A DNA stretch of 63,305 nucleotides, the filler included, from Octopus bimaculoides (taxonomy: Eukaryota): the NCBI RefSeq assembly GCF_001194135.2. It is 5 parts of 5 records of this genome, joined end to end, with 100 filler letters (N's around TTAATTAATTAA, not from the genome) between each part and the next. Parts side by side here need not be neighbours in the genome. Positions count along the whole stretch, not along the records: positions 30,324 to 54,538 come from NC_068990.1; positions 54,639 to 61,448 come from NC_068989.1; 3 more parts are not named here. The stretch is one strand, 5' to 3'. The notes under the pieces are model-generated. The model did no database searches. It was not told where the DNA came from and worked only from the letters and a program-made list of their open reading frames with translations. A program made the position numbers and the translations under genes. Below are positions 46,749 through 59,849 of this stretch, piece after piece. Positions within the stretch are counted from its first letter, which is position 1, and each line of letters opens with the position of its first letter.

Positions 46749-46910
46749 TAATTGCAGTCAATTTGCAACAGAAGACGTGAACCAGGCTCAGCGATCCGCA
46801 GGAGTTCTATCACGCACAGAGCTGGCGCATGCTCTGTCTACAGCGGAAGTAGAATGTAGAAGATCAATAACGCCTCCATTGTTTTTTTTTCTTGTGCCCT
46901 GAAACAGCAT

Positions 46911-47407
46911 ATGTCATGCACACACACACACACACACACACATACACACACACACACATACAAATGCAAATACAAATATAAACAGACGAAAACATATGTA
47001 CAAACATACACATATGCATGTACACACGCACACGCACACGCACACGCACACACATGCACACACCCATACACACATTCACACGAATACACAGTCCTCGAGT
47101 CACCACATACGCACCCATTTTATGTATGTGACGCAAATTATCCGTTTAAATAGCCGATCGGCGATGTATAGGTTTGCCTGTGTATGTCGTTGTGGTGGTG
47201 GGGTGCTTGATCTAATAATAGGGGCCAGTTTGATTTCGGTCACATATGATGATGATGTGGAGAAGAAGAAGATGATGGTGATGATGATGATGATGATCAT
47301 CATCATCATCATCATAGAAATAATGTTAATAATAATAATTATTATTATTATTACTGTTGTTGTTATCATCATCATCATCGTTATTATTATTATTATTATT
47401 ATTATTC

Positions 47408-47457
<50 letters not shown>

Positions 47458-47700
47458 GATATTATGCAAAGTGAGAGACAAGGTAGAATATGATTATGAG
47501 GCTGTTGATGTCTCTATGGCAACTGGCTTTCATGTTTTAATTAGCAGGTTGTTCCTGTAGCATCATGGAAGAGATTTTAAAAATGAAATAGAGTGAAGAG
47601 GTATCGATAACAACAACAGCAGCAACAACAACAACAGTAGCAGCAGTAGCAGCAGCAGCAGCAGTATAGTGCAAAGAGAATTGCAACAGCACTCGACAAT
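46911..47700. repeat. (CA)n, (GAT)n/(CAT)n, (TAA)n/(TTA)n and (CAA/CAG)n microsatellite block
   Basis: Direct reading. Confidence 0.9.
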
Positions 47701-48043
47701 GCAGCACAATGCTGGTCGTGTCGGCCTGCAAGAAGTAGCAACCAAATTTCCTTTAAATCTTACCCTACCGTGTTAAAAATGGAAGGGCACATTATAAAGT
47801 GTGATCTTAGATATACAGTGTCTGGAAAAATTACTGAAACGAATTAGATGTTAATTAAGCTGGATTAGTTAGAACTGATCTAATGTTAAATAACAAAAAC
47901 ACTTGCTTCAAAGTTGATGGTCTCAACGTCACAGCACAGGGATTATGATGCCGGTACCATCAACAATAATAGTATAGATATACATACATACATACATACA
48001 TACATACATACATACATACATACATACATACATACATACATAC

Positions 48044-48423
48044 CAGGCACGTGCCGTCAGTAATTACTCGGGGTAGGCAGTTGGTGACCTTTATGTGGTA
48101 AAACAGAAAAAAATAAGCGAAACAGGTGCGCGACTGAGTTGAAGGCAGATTTATTTCAGCCTTTATTGCACGTAAAGAAAACGTTGTTGTAGGAATGTAT
48201 TATGCGCAGCTTAAATACTGAGATTGAAAAGCAGGGGCAAATTATACCTACCTAATCTATGAAAATATAAAATATTTTACATTTTATACATAGTAACCAG
48301 AGTAACCTTCATGATTTTATTGAATTAGGTGCATATTTTGCCATGAGAGGAAAATGTTGCTAGCGATCTATTTTATCCAAGGTAGACATTGCCTACCTTG
48401 CCTACCTAGACGACACGTCCCCG
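48044..48423. mobile_element. hAT-like MITE inserted in (ATAC)n
   Basis: Termini CAGGCACGTGCCGTC / GACGACACGTCCCCG (12/15 inverted match); subterminal GGTAGGCA/TGCCTACC repeats; ATACATAC 8-mer on both sides. Confidence 0.7.
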
Positions 48424-48523
48424 ATACATACATACATACATACATACATACATACATACATACATACATNNNNNNNNNNCATACATACATACATACATAC
48501 ATACATACATACATACATACATA

Positions 48524-48721
48524 CCGTACTTGAGGGCATAAAGGACGCACTTTTTTCCAAATAAATATGTCTAAGAAAATCACCTTCGGTCTGATATACG
48601 AAGCCAGGCTTCTCATAAGCTAATTTTATCGCTGACGCTCAGTTTCTTTTGAGCATGCGCTGCTGCTGATATTTGGGGTGCGTCTAATATATCCGCACGT
48701 CTTTTATGAAATCAAATACGG
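48524..48721. mobile_element. pogo/Tc2-like MITE
   Basis: TA-CCGTACTTGAGGGCATAAAGGACG / CGTCTTTTATGAAATCAAATACGG-TA. Confidence 0.75.
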
Positions 48722-50424
48722 TACTAACTAGATGCAACACAATTCAAATGTAGACCTGTAACTCACCTCTGTCATTAAACATGATTTATAATCTGATAAA
48801 GATGATTTAAAATATATATCTATTCCAGATCAAGAGGATATACATTTAAGCATTAACAAATTATGGTATTTAATACAAGAAATGCCACTAACTATAGATT
48901 GATTTCATCAGCATACAAATACAAGGACATATTCTATTTTCATACCTTAAAACGTTATACTATTCGACCAGATTATATTAATATTAATCTATAACTTTAC
49001 CAATAATCTATCTAACATACTGGATAAAAAATATGATTAATTGCTTTTCTTAACTTAAGTGAAACAAAGAATTTTTTTCCAAAATCTTTGTATTTCATAT
49101 TAATGAAAATGGGGAAAACATTCTCTAGAAAATAACTATACTCAGCAAAAGTTCCGAAGAAATATATATAAAAAAAAAAAGATCAACCAGTTTTGATTCT
49201 TTTAAAGACAAAGAGAACCTACGATAAATTAATGCATGGCACTCTAATTAAAAATAAATTTCCATCGTAAAATTCCTTTGTAATCAGTCGCTAGATTTCA
49301 CGCTCATCGTAATACACGATTACTTTTTAAATAATTCTTTCTAATTTTTGGCACTGGTCCAGTAACTTTGAGGAGAAGGAAAGTCAGTTAAAAGATCAAT
49401 AACGCCGCCAGTGCTCAGCTGGTATCAACTGGTATACAGTTTGTCGATTACATCCACTATTTGACTCGTACTTTATTTTATCGACTCTGAAAACTCAAAG
49501 CCGACTTCTAAAGTGTTCTCGTTTCTTCCATTATATTTTTAATCTTTACAACAGATTTGTCTGTCTATTTCATTAAATAGAATTATGGAAATGTCAGATT
49601 TTGTTGGTTGATTTCAATCTATATTCTCGGTTAGTAACAATCATAAAAAATGAGTTTTGTATTTGTACTTTGTATTGTTATTAATGTTTGCAATAAAATA
49701 GGCAAACGAAAATGAACGACAATTTAATCATTCTATAACGCAATTAATTTTCGTGACCCTGAATTATCAATCCTTAATATGATAAAATATATTTAATGAA
49801 TTAATTATTTACAGCAAAAATAATCGTAAAATTCTAAGATTTAAAATGGCCAACCCATTTTAAGTAATAACAATGATATACGATTAAAATCCTCACGAAA
49901 TTTATCACTGCTTAATATATTAACACTTCAGATTATATCATAGTATTATCAAAACTCAAATTATATATTGTAGCTGGAGATGAGGAGATGGCAGCACTCC
50001 CTATCTTCAAACCACTGGAAAATTTCGTACTCAAATACGAACAACTATATTAGATTGTATAAGATCTACTCCCTAAAACAACTATTTTTCATCAAGCGGA
50101 TATTTTCATTTATTAAAAGAAGAATATTATTATATCTTTTGCTTCGTCTTTAGATTTTTTTTAGTTATCATTTTTAAGTTTTGAGGTGGGGGGGATTGCT
50201 GTTCTTCCAGTGGAGGTTAGCAAATATAACGGTGCTTTCTTTCTCTCTTTCTTTTATCAAATTGCTAATTGCCTAATTTAAACAAAACATGAAAGTATTA
50301 TATTTGGTAATCTCCGAAGGGAAGAACAATTAAACTCCGTTAAAATAATAATTCTTTCATTCATTTAGCCACCAGGGGATATTATTTAAATTAATAATAA
50401 TCTAATAAAAAGAGGATAAACAAA

Positions 50425-50812
50425 TAGTAATTTTAAATTTTGACACAAAGTCAGCAATTTTGGGGTGAGGACAGTAGATTACATCGGCCCAGGTATTTGG
50501 TTGGTACTTCATTTTGTCAACCCTGTATGACGAGGTGTCAAAGCATTTTTTTTTTTTTTCCTGACATCAACGATTCTACCTGCTCGCCGACTTAATAATA
50601 TTTTCTACTCTAGGTACAAGGCCTGAAATTTGGGGAAGCGGGAGCTAGTCGATTACATCAACCCTAGTACTCCACTGGTACTTAACTTATCGACCCCGAG
50701 AGGATAAAAGGCAAATTCAACTTCGGCAGTATTTGAACTCAGAACGTAAAAACAGACGAAATACCGCTAAGCATTTTGTCCGGCGTGCTAACGATTCTGC
50801 CAGCTCGCCGCC
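50425..50812 (-). mobile_element. Two tandem SINE family B copies
   Basis: The second (50600-50812) is nearly complete. Confidence 0.85.
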
Positions 50813-50845
50813 TTAATAATAATTATAAACAAATAAATAAATAAA

Positions 50846-51000
50846 TGGTTGTATGGTAAGCAGCTTGCTTACGAACCACATGGTTCCCGGTTCAGTCCCA
50901 CTGCATGGCACCTTGGGCAAGTGTCTCCTACTATAGCCTCGGGCCGACCAAAGCCTTGTGATTGGATTTGGTACATGGAAGCTGAAGGAAGCCCGTCGTA

Positions 51001-51032
<32 letters not shown>

Positions 51033-51280
51033 AATATATATATATATACATATGTATATGTGTGTGTATATGTTTGTGTGTCTGTGTTCCCCCAACATCA
51101 CTTGACAACCGATGCTGGTGTGTTTACGTCCCCGTAGCCTAGCGGTTCGGCAAAAGCGACTGATAGAATAAGTACTAGGCTTACAAAGAATAAGTCCTGG
51201 GGGTCGATTTATCGACTAAAAGGCGGTGCTCCAGCATGGCCGCAGTCAAATGACTGAAACGAGTAAAAAGAGTAAGGAGT
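50846..51280 (+). mobile_element. SINE family A, full length, with internal (TA)n
   Basis: All modules; tail GAGTAAAAAGAGTAAG. Confidence 0.93.
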
Positions 51281-52253
51281 ATAGTTTTACAATATGTAAC
51301 TCAGAGCAATGAGGAATAATAGAATAATAGAATCTTAAGATTCTGTTAAAGAAATACCATCGGAAAAAGAATTTTTTTTTATTATTGTCTGGTGATGGTT
51401 TATCTGATTCAGAATTACTTGAATCAAGAAAATAAGAACATGTAAAAAAAAATATTTTAAATATACTGTGGGAAATAGATAATTATTTATTTGACAATGA
51501 TAAGTATGAATGATTTGGATATCAGGTCGTATAGATATTATGGAGGAACAAGAAAGCAAAAGAACTAGCGAAAAAAAAACATTAAATGCACGAAGAAATA
51601 GTAAAGATTACATTTCAAATTTATCTGCAAGTAAAATCTTTCAGTAAAAAACATAATTGGTGAAAAGTGGAAAAAATACTAAGAAGAAACAGTAAATAAA
51701 CTATCAAACATTAATCCGCCATTATCTCTACCAGAGTTACCGTCTTCATAGAGTGTATCCGTTACTGAACAATACAAATAAAGATTTTATTGGTTACGTA
51801 CAGATCGCATTCTTACAAATTATATTCCATCACGAACTGGTTGTATGGAACCACCTTTGTATGTATATGGAGGCTATTCAGAAACTTTCTGGCATTATAT
51901 ATAATTCAATGCAAAAATTATCAGATTGAGAGATGATAAATTATTCAATTTTAGAAAAGATTACTGATGTTTTAAAGATACAATTCATTTACAAGAATCG
52001 ACCAACCTTTAATAAGAGGTTTTCATTCAGAGAGGCAAATACCAAAATATCAAAACCGTTTCAAAGATTTTTGGTTTGCTTCTTTTGTTTCAGTCCATTC
52101 GACTACAGCCATACTGGAGCACCGGCTTGAAGTGGAATAAAACGGCTCCACTTTGGCTGTCATCCAATGACTGAAAATAGTAAAAAAACAGAAGTACATA
52201 GATGTAGGTATGTACACATATGTATGGATCTATGCATATATTTATATATTATT

Positions 52254-52290
<37 letters not shown>

Positions 52291-52864
52291 CTTGGAGAAT
52301 GGAGCAACAAATACAAGAAAAAGCATCTTCGTTGGACTAGATAGCCGTTGTTTTATTATGTGGAGCTTGTGAAATGAGTCAGTGTGGAGGTTTAGGTTAT
52401 GCCTCCGGATTTAAACATCCCCTGGTTGCTTNNNNNNNNNNNNNNNNNNNNNNNNNNNNNNNNNNNNNNNNNNNNNNNNNNNNNNNNNNNNNNNNNNNNN
52501 NNNNNNNNNNNNNNNNNNNNNNNNNNNNNNNNNNNNNNNNNNNNNNNNNNNNNNNNNNNNNNNNNNNNNNNNNNNNNNNNNNNNNNNNNATATAAAGGGC
52601 ATTAACTAGAATACCTGACCCGTGAATAATGACGGAGTTATTATTGCAAAAGTTACCCGATGGAAGTTGATAACTAGAGGATGAGAAAATAAACATTAAA
52701 CAAAAATCCAAAAATAACTCGAAAATAAGAAAATTATCAACAATTGCAGCGTGGAAGGTGCTTATAAGCTATTTTAAAAAACAGACAAAAACCGTTAAAT
52801 TCACTTAAATTTAATTTGTCAAAATATTTTCGCCGTTTTGAAGCCATGACATACATGTATATAT

Positions 52865-53071
52865 ATTCTTTTATTCTTTTACTTGTTTCAGTCATTTGGC
52901 TGTGGCCTTGCTGGAGCACCGCTTCGAACTGATCGATCCCCAGGACTTATTCTTTGTAAGCCTAGTACTTATTCTATCGGGTCCCTTTTGCCGAACCACC
53001 AAGTTACAGGGACGTAAACACACCAACATCAGTTGTCAAGCGATGGTGGGGGAACAAACACAAAGACACAA

Positions 53072-53100
<29 letters not shown>
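52865..53100 (-). mobile_element. SINE family A, 3' half running into a gap at its internal microsatellite
   Basis: CTTTTACTTGTTTCAGTC..GTCAAGCGATGGTGGGGGAACAAACAC(AC)n(AT)n then N. Confidence 0.9.
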
Positions 53101-53106
<6 letters not shown>

Positions 53107-53968
53107 NNNNNNNNNNNNNNNNNNNNNNNNNNNNNNNNNNNNNNNNNNNNNNNNNNNNNNNNNNNNNNNNNNNNNNNNNNNNNNNNNNNNNNNNNNNNNN
53201 NNNNNNNNNNNNNNNNNNNNNNNNNNNNNNNNNNNNNNNNNNNNNNNNNNNNNNNNNNNNNNNNNNNNNNNNNNNNNNNNNNNNNNNNNNNNNNNNNNNN
53301 NNNNNNNNNNNNNNNNNNNNNNNNNNNNNNNNNNNNNNNNNNNNNNNNNNNNNNNNNNNNNNNNNNNNNNNNNNNNNNNNNNNNNNNNNNNNNNNNNNNN
53401 NNNNNNNNNNNNNNNNNNNNNNNNNNNNNNNNNNNNNNNNNNNNNNNNNNNNNNNNNNNNNNNNNNNNNNNNNNNNNNNNNNNNNNNNNNNNNNNNNNNN
53501 NNNNNNNNNNNNNNNNNNNNNNNNNNNNNNNNNNNNNNNNNNNNNNNNNNNNNNNNNNNNNNNNNNNNNNNNNNNNNNNNNNNNNNNNNNNNNNNNNNNN
53601 NNNNNNNNNNNNNNNNNNNNNNNNNNNNNNNNNNNNNNNNNNNNNNNNNNNNNNNNNNNNNNNNNNNNNNNNNNNNNNNNNNNNNNNNNNNNNNNNNNNN
53701 NNNNNNNNNNNNNNNNNNNNNNNNNNNNNNNNNNNNNNNNNNNNNNNNNNNNNNNNNNNNNNNNNNNNNNNNNNNNNNNNNNNNNNNNNNNNNNNNNNNN
53801 NNNNNNNNNNNNNNNNNNNNNNNNNNNNNNNNNNNNNNNNNNNNNNNNNNNNNNNNNNNNNNNNNNNNNNNNNNNNNNNNNNNNNNNNNNNNNNNNNNNN
53901 NNNNNNNNNNNNNNNNNNNNNNNNNNNNNNNNNNNNNNNNNNNNNNNNNNNNNNNNNNNNNNNNNNNN

Positions 53969-54031
<63 letters not shown>

Positions 54032-54538
54032 AGCTACGTTTCTTTTTCTCTGTTTTAATCTGCCTCACGTGGATCCTTTTTTTCTATTCTATCAACCTTT
54101 CTTTCGCCCGCTTCTGAGCAGCCACACGTACACACACTCAGATACGCACACACACACACACACACTCATACATTCTGCACATACATACATGCACACGATC
54201 ACACACAAGCATACACACACTCATACATTCTGCACATACATACACGCTCACAATCACACACACACACGCACGCACATACACATACACACACACGTGATGT
54301 TTGTAGGAAAAGATGAACATTTTAGATTGAAGGAATCCATTTAGAGCTGAACACATGTTGCTGGATATGTCATCACGGGAACGATTGTTTCAAAGTGATG
54401 AGATAAATCTTCAGGAAAAGACGATGACGGTGGCGATGGCGGTGGCGGTGGTGGTGGTGGTGGTGGTGGTGGTGCTGCTGCTGCTGCTGTTGCTGGTTTG
54501 GGGAGATGATGATGGTGATGATAATGATGATGATGATG

Positions 54539-54638
54539 NNNNNNNNNNNNNNNNNNNNNNNNNNNNNNNNNNNNNNNNNNNNTTAATTAATTAANNNNNN
54601 NNNNNNNNNNNNNNNNNNNNNNNNNNNNNNNNNNNNNN
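54539..54638. other. Artificial scaffold-join spacer
   Basis: 44 N + TTAATTAATTAA + 44 N. Confidence 0.95.
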
Positions 54639-54955
54639 ATATATATATATGAATGTGTGTGTATATATATCGATGTACGTACGTGAGTATAAACCAATAT
54701 AAAACAGAGGAATAAATATTCATATGGATGACCATTCTTATGCAGGTATATTGTCAAAAATATTATTGTGTAATGGTGTGCGCGTATTTCTTTGTTACTT
54801 CAACCATGTAGACGTGTGCAGGTGTGTCTACGTGACATAGCTGTGTGAAACGAGCTTTTATTCCTGTCTCTTCAACTAACGGTATCAATGTAAATTTTAT
54901 TGTTAAAATCCTTATAACATGTTCATTACACCGATACTGCTTTTAAAATATATTC

Positions 54956-55009
<54 letters not shown>

Positions 55010-55321
55010 TCTTAAGATTCAGCTCAAAGCGGTGGCCATGGTGGGGCACCGCCATTTTACTACGGTGTTATTATTGAGGGCCTCCACTAATATGTGGCAT
55101 TTGGTGAATAAGGGACTTTGATGCCGCTACCTTCATTTGCACCTCTTGCTGCGAGATAGGTTCATCTGGGACTCAAGACAGGGGAGGTCAAGTTTTGATT
55201 TGAAGACATCTACATCCACTTTGAGTAGGTCCCGCAGGCTCTTTAGGAGAATATTATTAAAATGCTGTGAGCCCCTGAATACATACATACATACCTACAT
55301 ACATACATACACACACACACA

Positions 55322-55445
55322 TATATACGACGGACTTCTTTAGTTTCCGTCTACCAAATCGATTCATAAGGCTGTGATTATAGTAGAAGACACTTGCCCA
55401 AGGTGCTACACAGTGGGACTGAACCCGGAACCATGTGGTTGGAAA
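55322..55445 (-). mobile_element. SINE family A, 5' half
   Basis: GACACTTGCCCAAGGTGC..GGGACTGAACCCGGAACCATGTGG. Confidence 0.88.
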
Positions 55446-55466
55446 GCAATCGTCGTATCACATGCA

Positions 55467-55507
<41 letters not shown>

Positions 55508-56589
55508 NNNNNNNNNNNNNNNNNNNNNNNNNNNNNNNNNNNNNNNNNNNNNNNNNNNNNNNNNNNNNNNNNNNNNNNNNNNNNNNNNNNNNNNNNNNNN
55601 NNNNNNNNNNNNNNNNNNNNNNNNNNNNNNNNNNNNNNNNNNNNNNNNNNNNNNNNNNNNNNNNNNNNNNNNNNNNNNNNNNNNNNNNNNNNNNNNNNNN
55701 NNNNNNNNNNNNNNNNNNNNNNNNNNNNNNNNNNNNNNNNNNNNNNNNNNNNNNNNNNNNNNNNNNNNNNNNNNNNNNNNNNNNNNNNNNNNNNNNNNNN
55801 NNNNNNNNNNNNNNNNNNNNNNNNNNNNNNNNNNNNNNNNNNNNNNNNNNNNNNNNNNNNNNNNNNNNNNNNNNNNNNNNNNNNNNNNNNNNNNNNNNNN
55901 NNNNNNNNNNNNNNNNNNNNNNNNNNNNNNNNNNNNNNNNNNNNNNNNNNNNNNNNNNNNNNNNNNNNNNNNNNNNNNNNNNNNNNNNNNNNNNNNNNNN
56001 NNNNNNNNNNNNNNNNNNNNNNNNNNNNNNNNNNNNNNNNNNNNNNNNNNNNNNNNNNNNNNNNNNNNNNNNNNNNNNNNNNNNNNNNNNNNNNNNNNNN
56101 NNNNNNNNNNNNNNNNNNNNNNNNNNNNNNNNNNNNNNNNNNNNNNNNNNNNNNNNNNNNNNNNNNNNNNNNNNNNGTGTGTGTGTGTGTGTGTGTATAT
56201 GTGTGTGCTTGTATGTACCTGTGTTTCTGTGTATGTGTGTGTGTCAAAGTCCACACATACATATACACATATATACAAAGCTACATACATATAGATATAT
56301 AAGCATGCGGGTGCACTTATAGAGTACAAAGGACATGTATAGACAAGTTTTCGTACATCCTATGGGTCAATGCGTACACGGCACCAAAGCAGACTGTTTT
56401 CTATTCACCCTGTCTACAACATGTCAACCTCACTTGGTCCATTTCATCTCCAGGTTTTCATAGAACAAACCATGCTTCGACGACACAACAACGAAACCAT
56501 AATGTGACCATTAAACGTGTATAACAGTTAAGTATTTGCATGGCAGTTAAATATTCTTTGAATCTCAGCGTTTCGCTCTTATGGCTGTC

Positions 56590-56776
56590 GTTCGGAAGTT
56601 TGCTTGTTAACCACATGATTTCGGGCCCTGTGCTACTGCGTGGTACTTTGTTCGGGTGTTACCTACCAAAGACCATGGCCAACAAATGGCTTGTCAATGA
56701 ATTTGGCCGACGGAAACTGTGCAGAAGCCTGTCGTCGATTTATTCTATCTATGAATATATGTATACATATGTATGA

Positions 56777-56808
<32 letters not shown>

Positions 56809-56990
56809 GTGTGTGTGTGTGTGTGCGTGTCTGTGTGTGTCACTTCTAACTGCGTGGGACATTGAGCAGGTATCTCTCTACTATACTCTCGAGCCAACCA
56901 AATTTCATAAGTTTCATTCAGCTAAAACAAATTCTTCAGGCGGTGCTCCAGCATGGCCACACTCGAATGATTGAAATAAATACAAGATAA
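56590..56990 (+). mobile_element. SINE family A, strongly diverged
   Basis: GAATTTGGCCGACGGAAACTG..GAAGCCTGTCG, (TG)n, then GGCGGTGCTCCAGCATGGCCAC. Confidence 0.7.
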
Positions 56991-57304
56991 CAAGTTTATT
57001 CAGTGATTATGGTTAAACGGAAATCAGACCTGAATCAACTTGAATGTCGAATATATTTTCTTTTATCAGAATGAGAAAGACATGTCCCAGAAAACAGTCT
57101 TTGGGATTAATATTTAACTGTAAAACAGAAGACAATATTTTCTTGATTTAATATTTCGTGTTTTTACTGGAAATATCAAATCAATATTGATAGAAATTGT
57201 TCTATGAATCCTACGTTTTGACCTAAAATGCACGAGAATTTCCCATTAGTTTTAGTATGGAATTTCACAGGAAAAAATATTTTGTCAGTCACACGCTACT
57301 GGGG

Positions 57305-57662
57305 GGCGTAGAATAGCTATATGGTTAACCCATTAAGTGCCAGAGTACTTAAATTTCTGCATATTACTTTTAGATTTTTACAAATGATTGAAAACAGGTT
57401 AAAATGGAAAATAAAATAATTATTAAAACTCCTTTACTTCAAGTAGAAATGGAAATAGGACACTGAGACAATGTGTTAAAGCTTATTTAATGTTTTCATT
57501 TAGTGTCCTATTTATAGGAGAGTGGGACTTAATGGTTTAAGTTCGGTTTGCAACCCCGTTGTTTCGAGTTCGGTACCACTGCGCAGCTCGTCTAATGTAG
57601 TCCCGGATCGAACAATGCCTTATGAGTGAATTTGGTAGACAAAAACTGTGGGAATGCCCGTC
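57305..57662 (+). mobile_element. SINE family A head split by a piggyBac MITE
   Basis: GGCGTAGAATAGCTATATGGTTAA | GTTC..GAGTTCGGTACCACTGCG..GTGAATTTGGTAGAC..GCCCGTCG. Confidence 0.7.
57329..57536. mobile_element. piggyBac-type MITE (208 bp)
   Basis: TTAA at 57325-28 and 57537-40; TIRs CCCATTAAGTGCCA / TGGGACTTAATGGT (12/14). Confidence 0.85.
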
Positions 57663-57934
57663 GCATGTATATATACATATACATATACGTAAATGTCGAA
57701 CACTGAGAAAGAAAGCTCAACGAGACTTCATTGTGAAAATCCCGCGATATTTCGTCATTTAATCCAAAATGGAGACGAACACCAATTTCACTATGTGATC
57801 GACTTGAAGAATTGTTAATATGTTTTCTTAACATGAAACCAAAGCCTTAATAAATAAATAAAGTACATATATATACATACATGCATGCATACATACAAGC
57901 ATACATACATGCACACACACACATATATTATATG

Positions 57935-58002
<68 letters not shown>

Positions 58003-58544
58003 TTACACATATACACACCTTTATATACATATGCATATAAATATACATACACACATACATGCATACACACGTATCGTATATAGTCACATATTAACACTAT
58101 GCGCACATTCATCATGTATTTAATCTGTTGTATTGAGCAAATATCCTTATATCGCCAGATATGTTTACAGATCAATTAAAGTGCTAGGTTAAGTAATGAA
58201 CAAGGCGGAAGTGAAGAGGTTTTTTGAAAGGGGTGAGTTGTGGTCGTATGGTAACAGTTAACTGGCGTATTGAGAAGTGTTAGAGTGGGGTGGCTATATT
58301 TCTGTAGGGTGACGGCTAGAGTAGTAGCCGGGTGGATTATTCTTAATGGCTATTTAATGTTGTTTCCATTGCCAGCATTCCTCCTTTACAAGCGGAGCCA
58401 GTGAGGAAGCTTCTACGCAGTCACTTGAACCGTATGAAATAACAGCCAAATCTCCCACAAATTACAGTCTGCCATGAAGTAAAAACATAAAAAGAAAGAA
58501 CGAAAATAACCGAAAGGAAAGGAATGACTGTGTGTTAAATCAAC

Positions 58545-58680
58545 TCAATTTGCAACCAAGTGGTTATGGTTTCAGTCCTACGGCGCGCTACTTTGGACAA
58601 GTGACTTCTGCTATAGTCCCGAGACAACTAATGACCTGTGAGTGGATTTCCTAGGTGGAACTTTGTGGAAGCCCGTCGTC
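58545..58680 (+). mobile_element. SINE family A, diverged 5' half
   Basis: GGTTTCAGTCCTACGG..CTTTGGACAAGTG..GTGAGTGGATTT..GAAGCCCGTCG. Confidence 0.75.
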
Positions 58681-58814
58681 TCTTTCCCTTGTCTTTTATT
58701 TAATTCCATGTGTGTGTTTGTTTGCGACTTTATTTCTCTTTTCCCCCGACACCAATTCAGTAACGAAATCCCGCCAACAGATTTTTAGAAACATTAAAGT
58801 TTCCGAGAATAAGT

Positions 58815-59225
58815 CGGCAAACCGGCAGAATTATTAGCATGCCGGGCTAGCAACATTTCTTCCAAGCTTACGTTCTGAGTTCAAACTCTGCTTAGGTTGA
58901 ATTTGTCTTTTATCCCTTGGAGGTCAATAAAATAAATACCATACGAGTACTGGGGTCAGTTTAATCAACACACCCACCCCTCAAACTTGCTAGCCTTGTG
59001 CCAAAATTCGAAATCATTCTTGTTATTGTTGTTATTATTAAGGTGGTGAGCTGGCAGTATCGTGAGCACGCCGGGTGAAATACCTAGTGGTATTTCGTCC
59101 GTCTTCACGTTGTAAGGTCTAATTCCACCGAGGTCGGCTTTCGTATATCGCGGGGTCGATGAAATAAGTAGCTGTCGAGCCCTGAAGTTGATGTAATCGA
59201 CTTACCAATTGCTGGCCTTCAACCA
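58815..59225 (+). mobile_element. Two tandem SINE family B copies
   Basis: ACGTTCTGAGTTCAAAC..; GGTGGTGAGCTGGCAG..GGGGTCGATGAAATAAGTAG. Confidence 0.8.
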
Positions 59226-59269
59226 AAATTATTATCATAGAGGACATCGTACAGTATCTAATATTCTAA

Positions 59270-59556
59270 TGTTGTAGATTGAAGATATTGTGCCTACCGG
59301 GGGTTTGTAATACTTGTCAAGTCACAACAAGGACCTCAGACAGACAGTACTTTATGCAGTGTACGTGCAGTCCCCAAAAAGTTTCCAGATGTTTCTTCAC
59401 CTTGGCTGGCATTGAAGTCAATGCTCCGATGACAACAGGGACTAACTTTATGTTTAACTCTCGTAGCTGCCACATCTTACCAATCTCAATTCTCAGGTCT
59501 GCATAATTGTCAAGCTTTTCTTTTTCTTTCATGATAATATTTTGATCTCCTCGCAC
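59270..59556 (-). pseudogene. R4/Dong RLE C-terminal fragment
   Basis: GDQNIIMKEKEKLDNYADLRIEIGKMWQL..LVPVVIGAL..VKKHLET, then after a deletion/frameshift LGTARTLHKVLSV* (stop 59338-36). The 5' junction is at (TAA)n. Confidence 0.9.
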
Positions 59557-59565
59557 TATTATCAC

Positions 59566-59616
<51 letters not shown>

Positions 59617-59632
59617 GATTATTATTATTATT

Positions 59633-59773
59633 GAGTGAGAGAGCAGTGCATGCCATCAAAGTGACACTGGGGTAAAATATAAGAAGCCCAGTATACCCAT
59701 CATGACTACCCGTCAGATAAGGGTACACCAGGCAAATGCATCACAACCATATGTGCGCAGCATGGTGATCTCA
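59633..59773 (-). mobile_element. Short non-coding retro-unit in (TAA)n
   Basis: Homologue of 5425-5513; flanked by TAA tracts. Confidence 0.75.
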
Positions 59774-59790
59774 TATTATTATTATTATAT

Positions 59791-59849
59791 GATTGACATT
59801 TGTACAAGTTGACTCCAAGTCTCACCCAGAGGCCTCAAGAGACAACAAG
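59791..59849 (-). mobile_element. 59-bp unit between TAA tracts, probable retroelement 3' end
   Basis: Non-repetitive island bounded by (TTA)n on both sides, inside the same stack. Confidence 0.45.

Noticed and set aside
51700-51930. FIGYVQ..HELVVWN resembling an RTE-type RT C-terminus
   Set aside because: Single weak motif; not called without profile evidence.
608-56329. Long ORFs in the track full of X, or of YI/CV/HT/SL/RE dipeptides (e.g. 608-1792, 32832-33764, 39812-40411, 52896-54344)
   Set aside because: They are read-through of N gaps and microsatellites, not genes.
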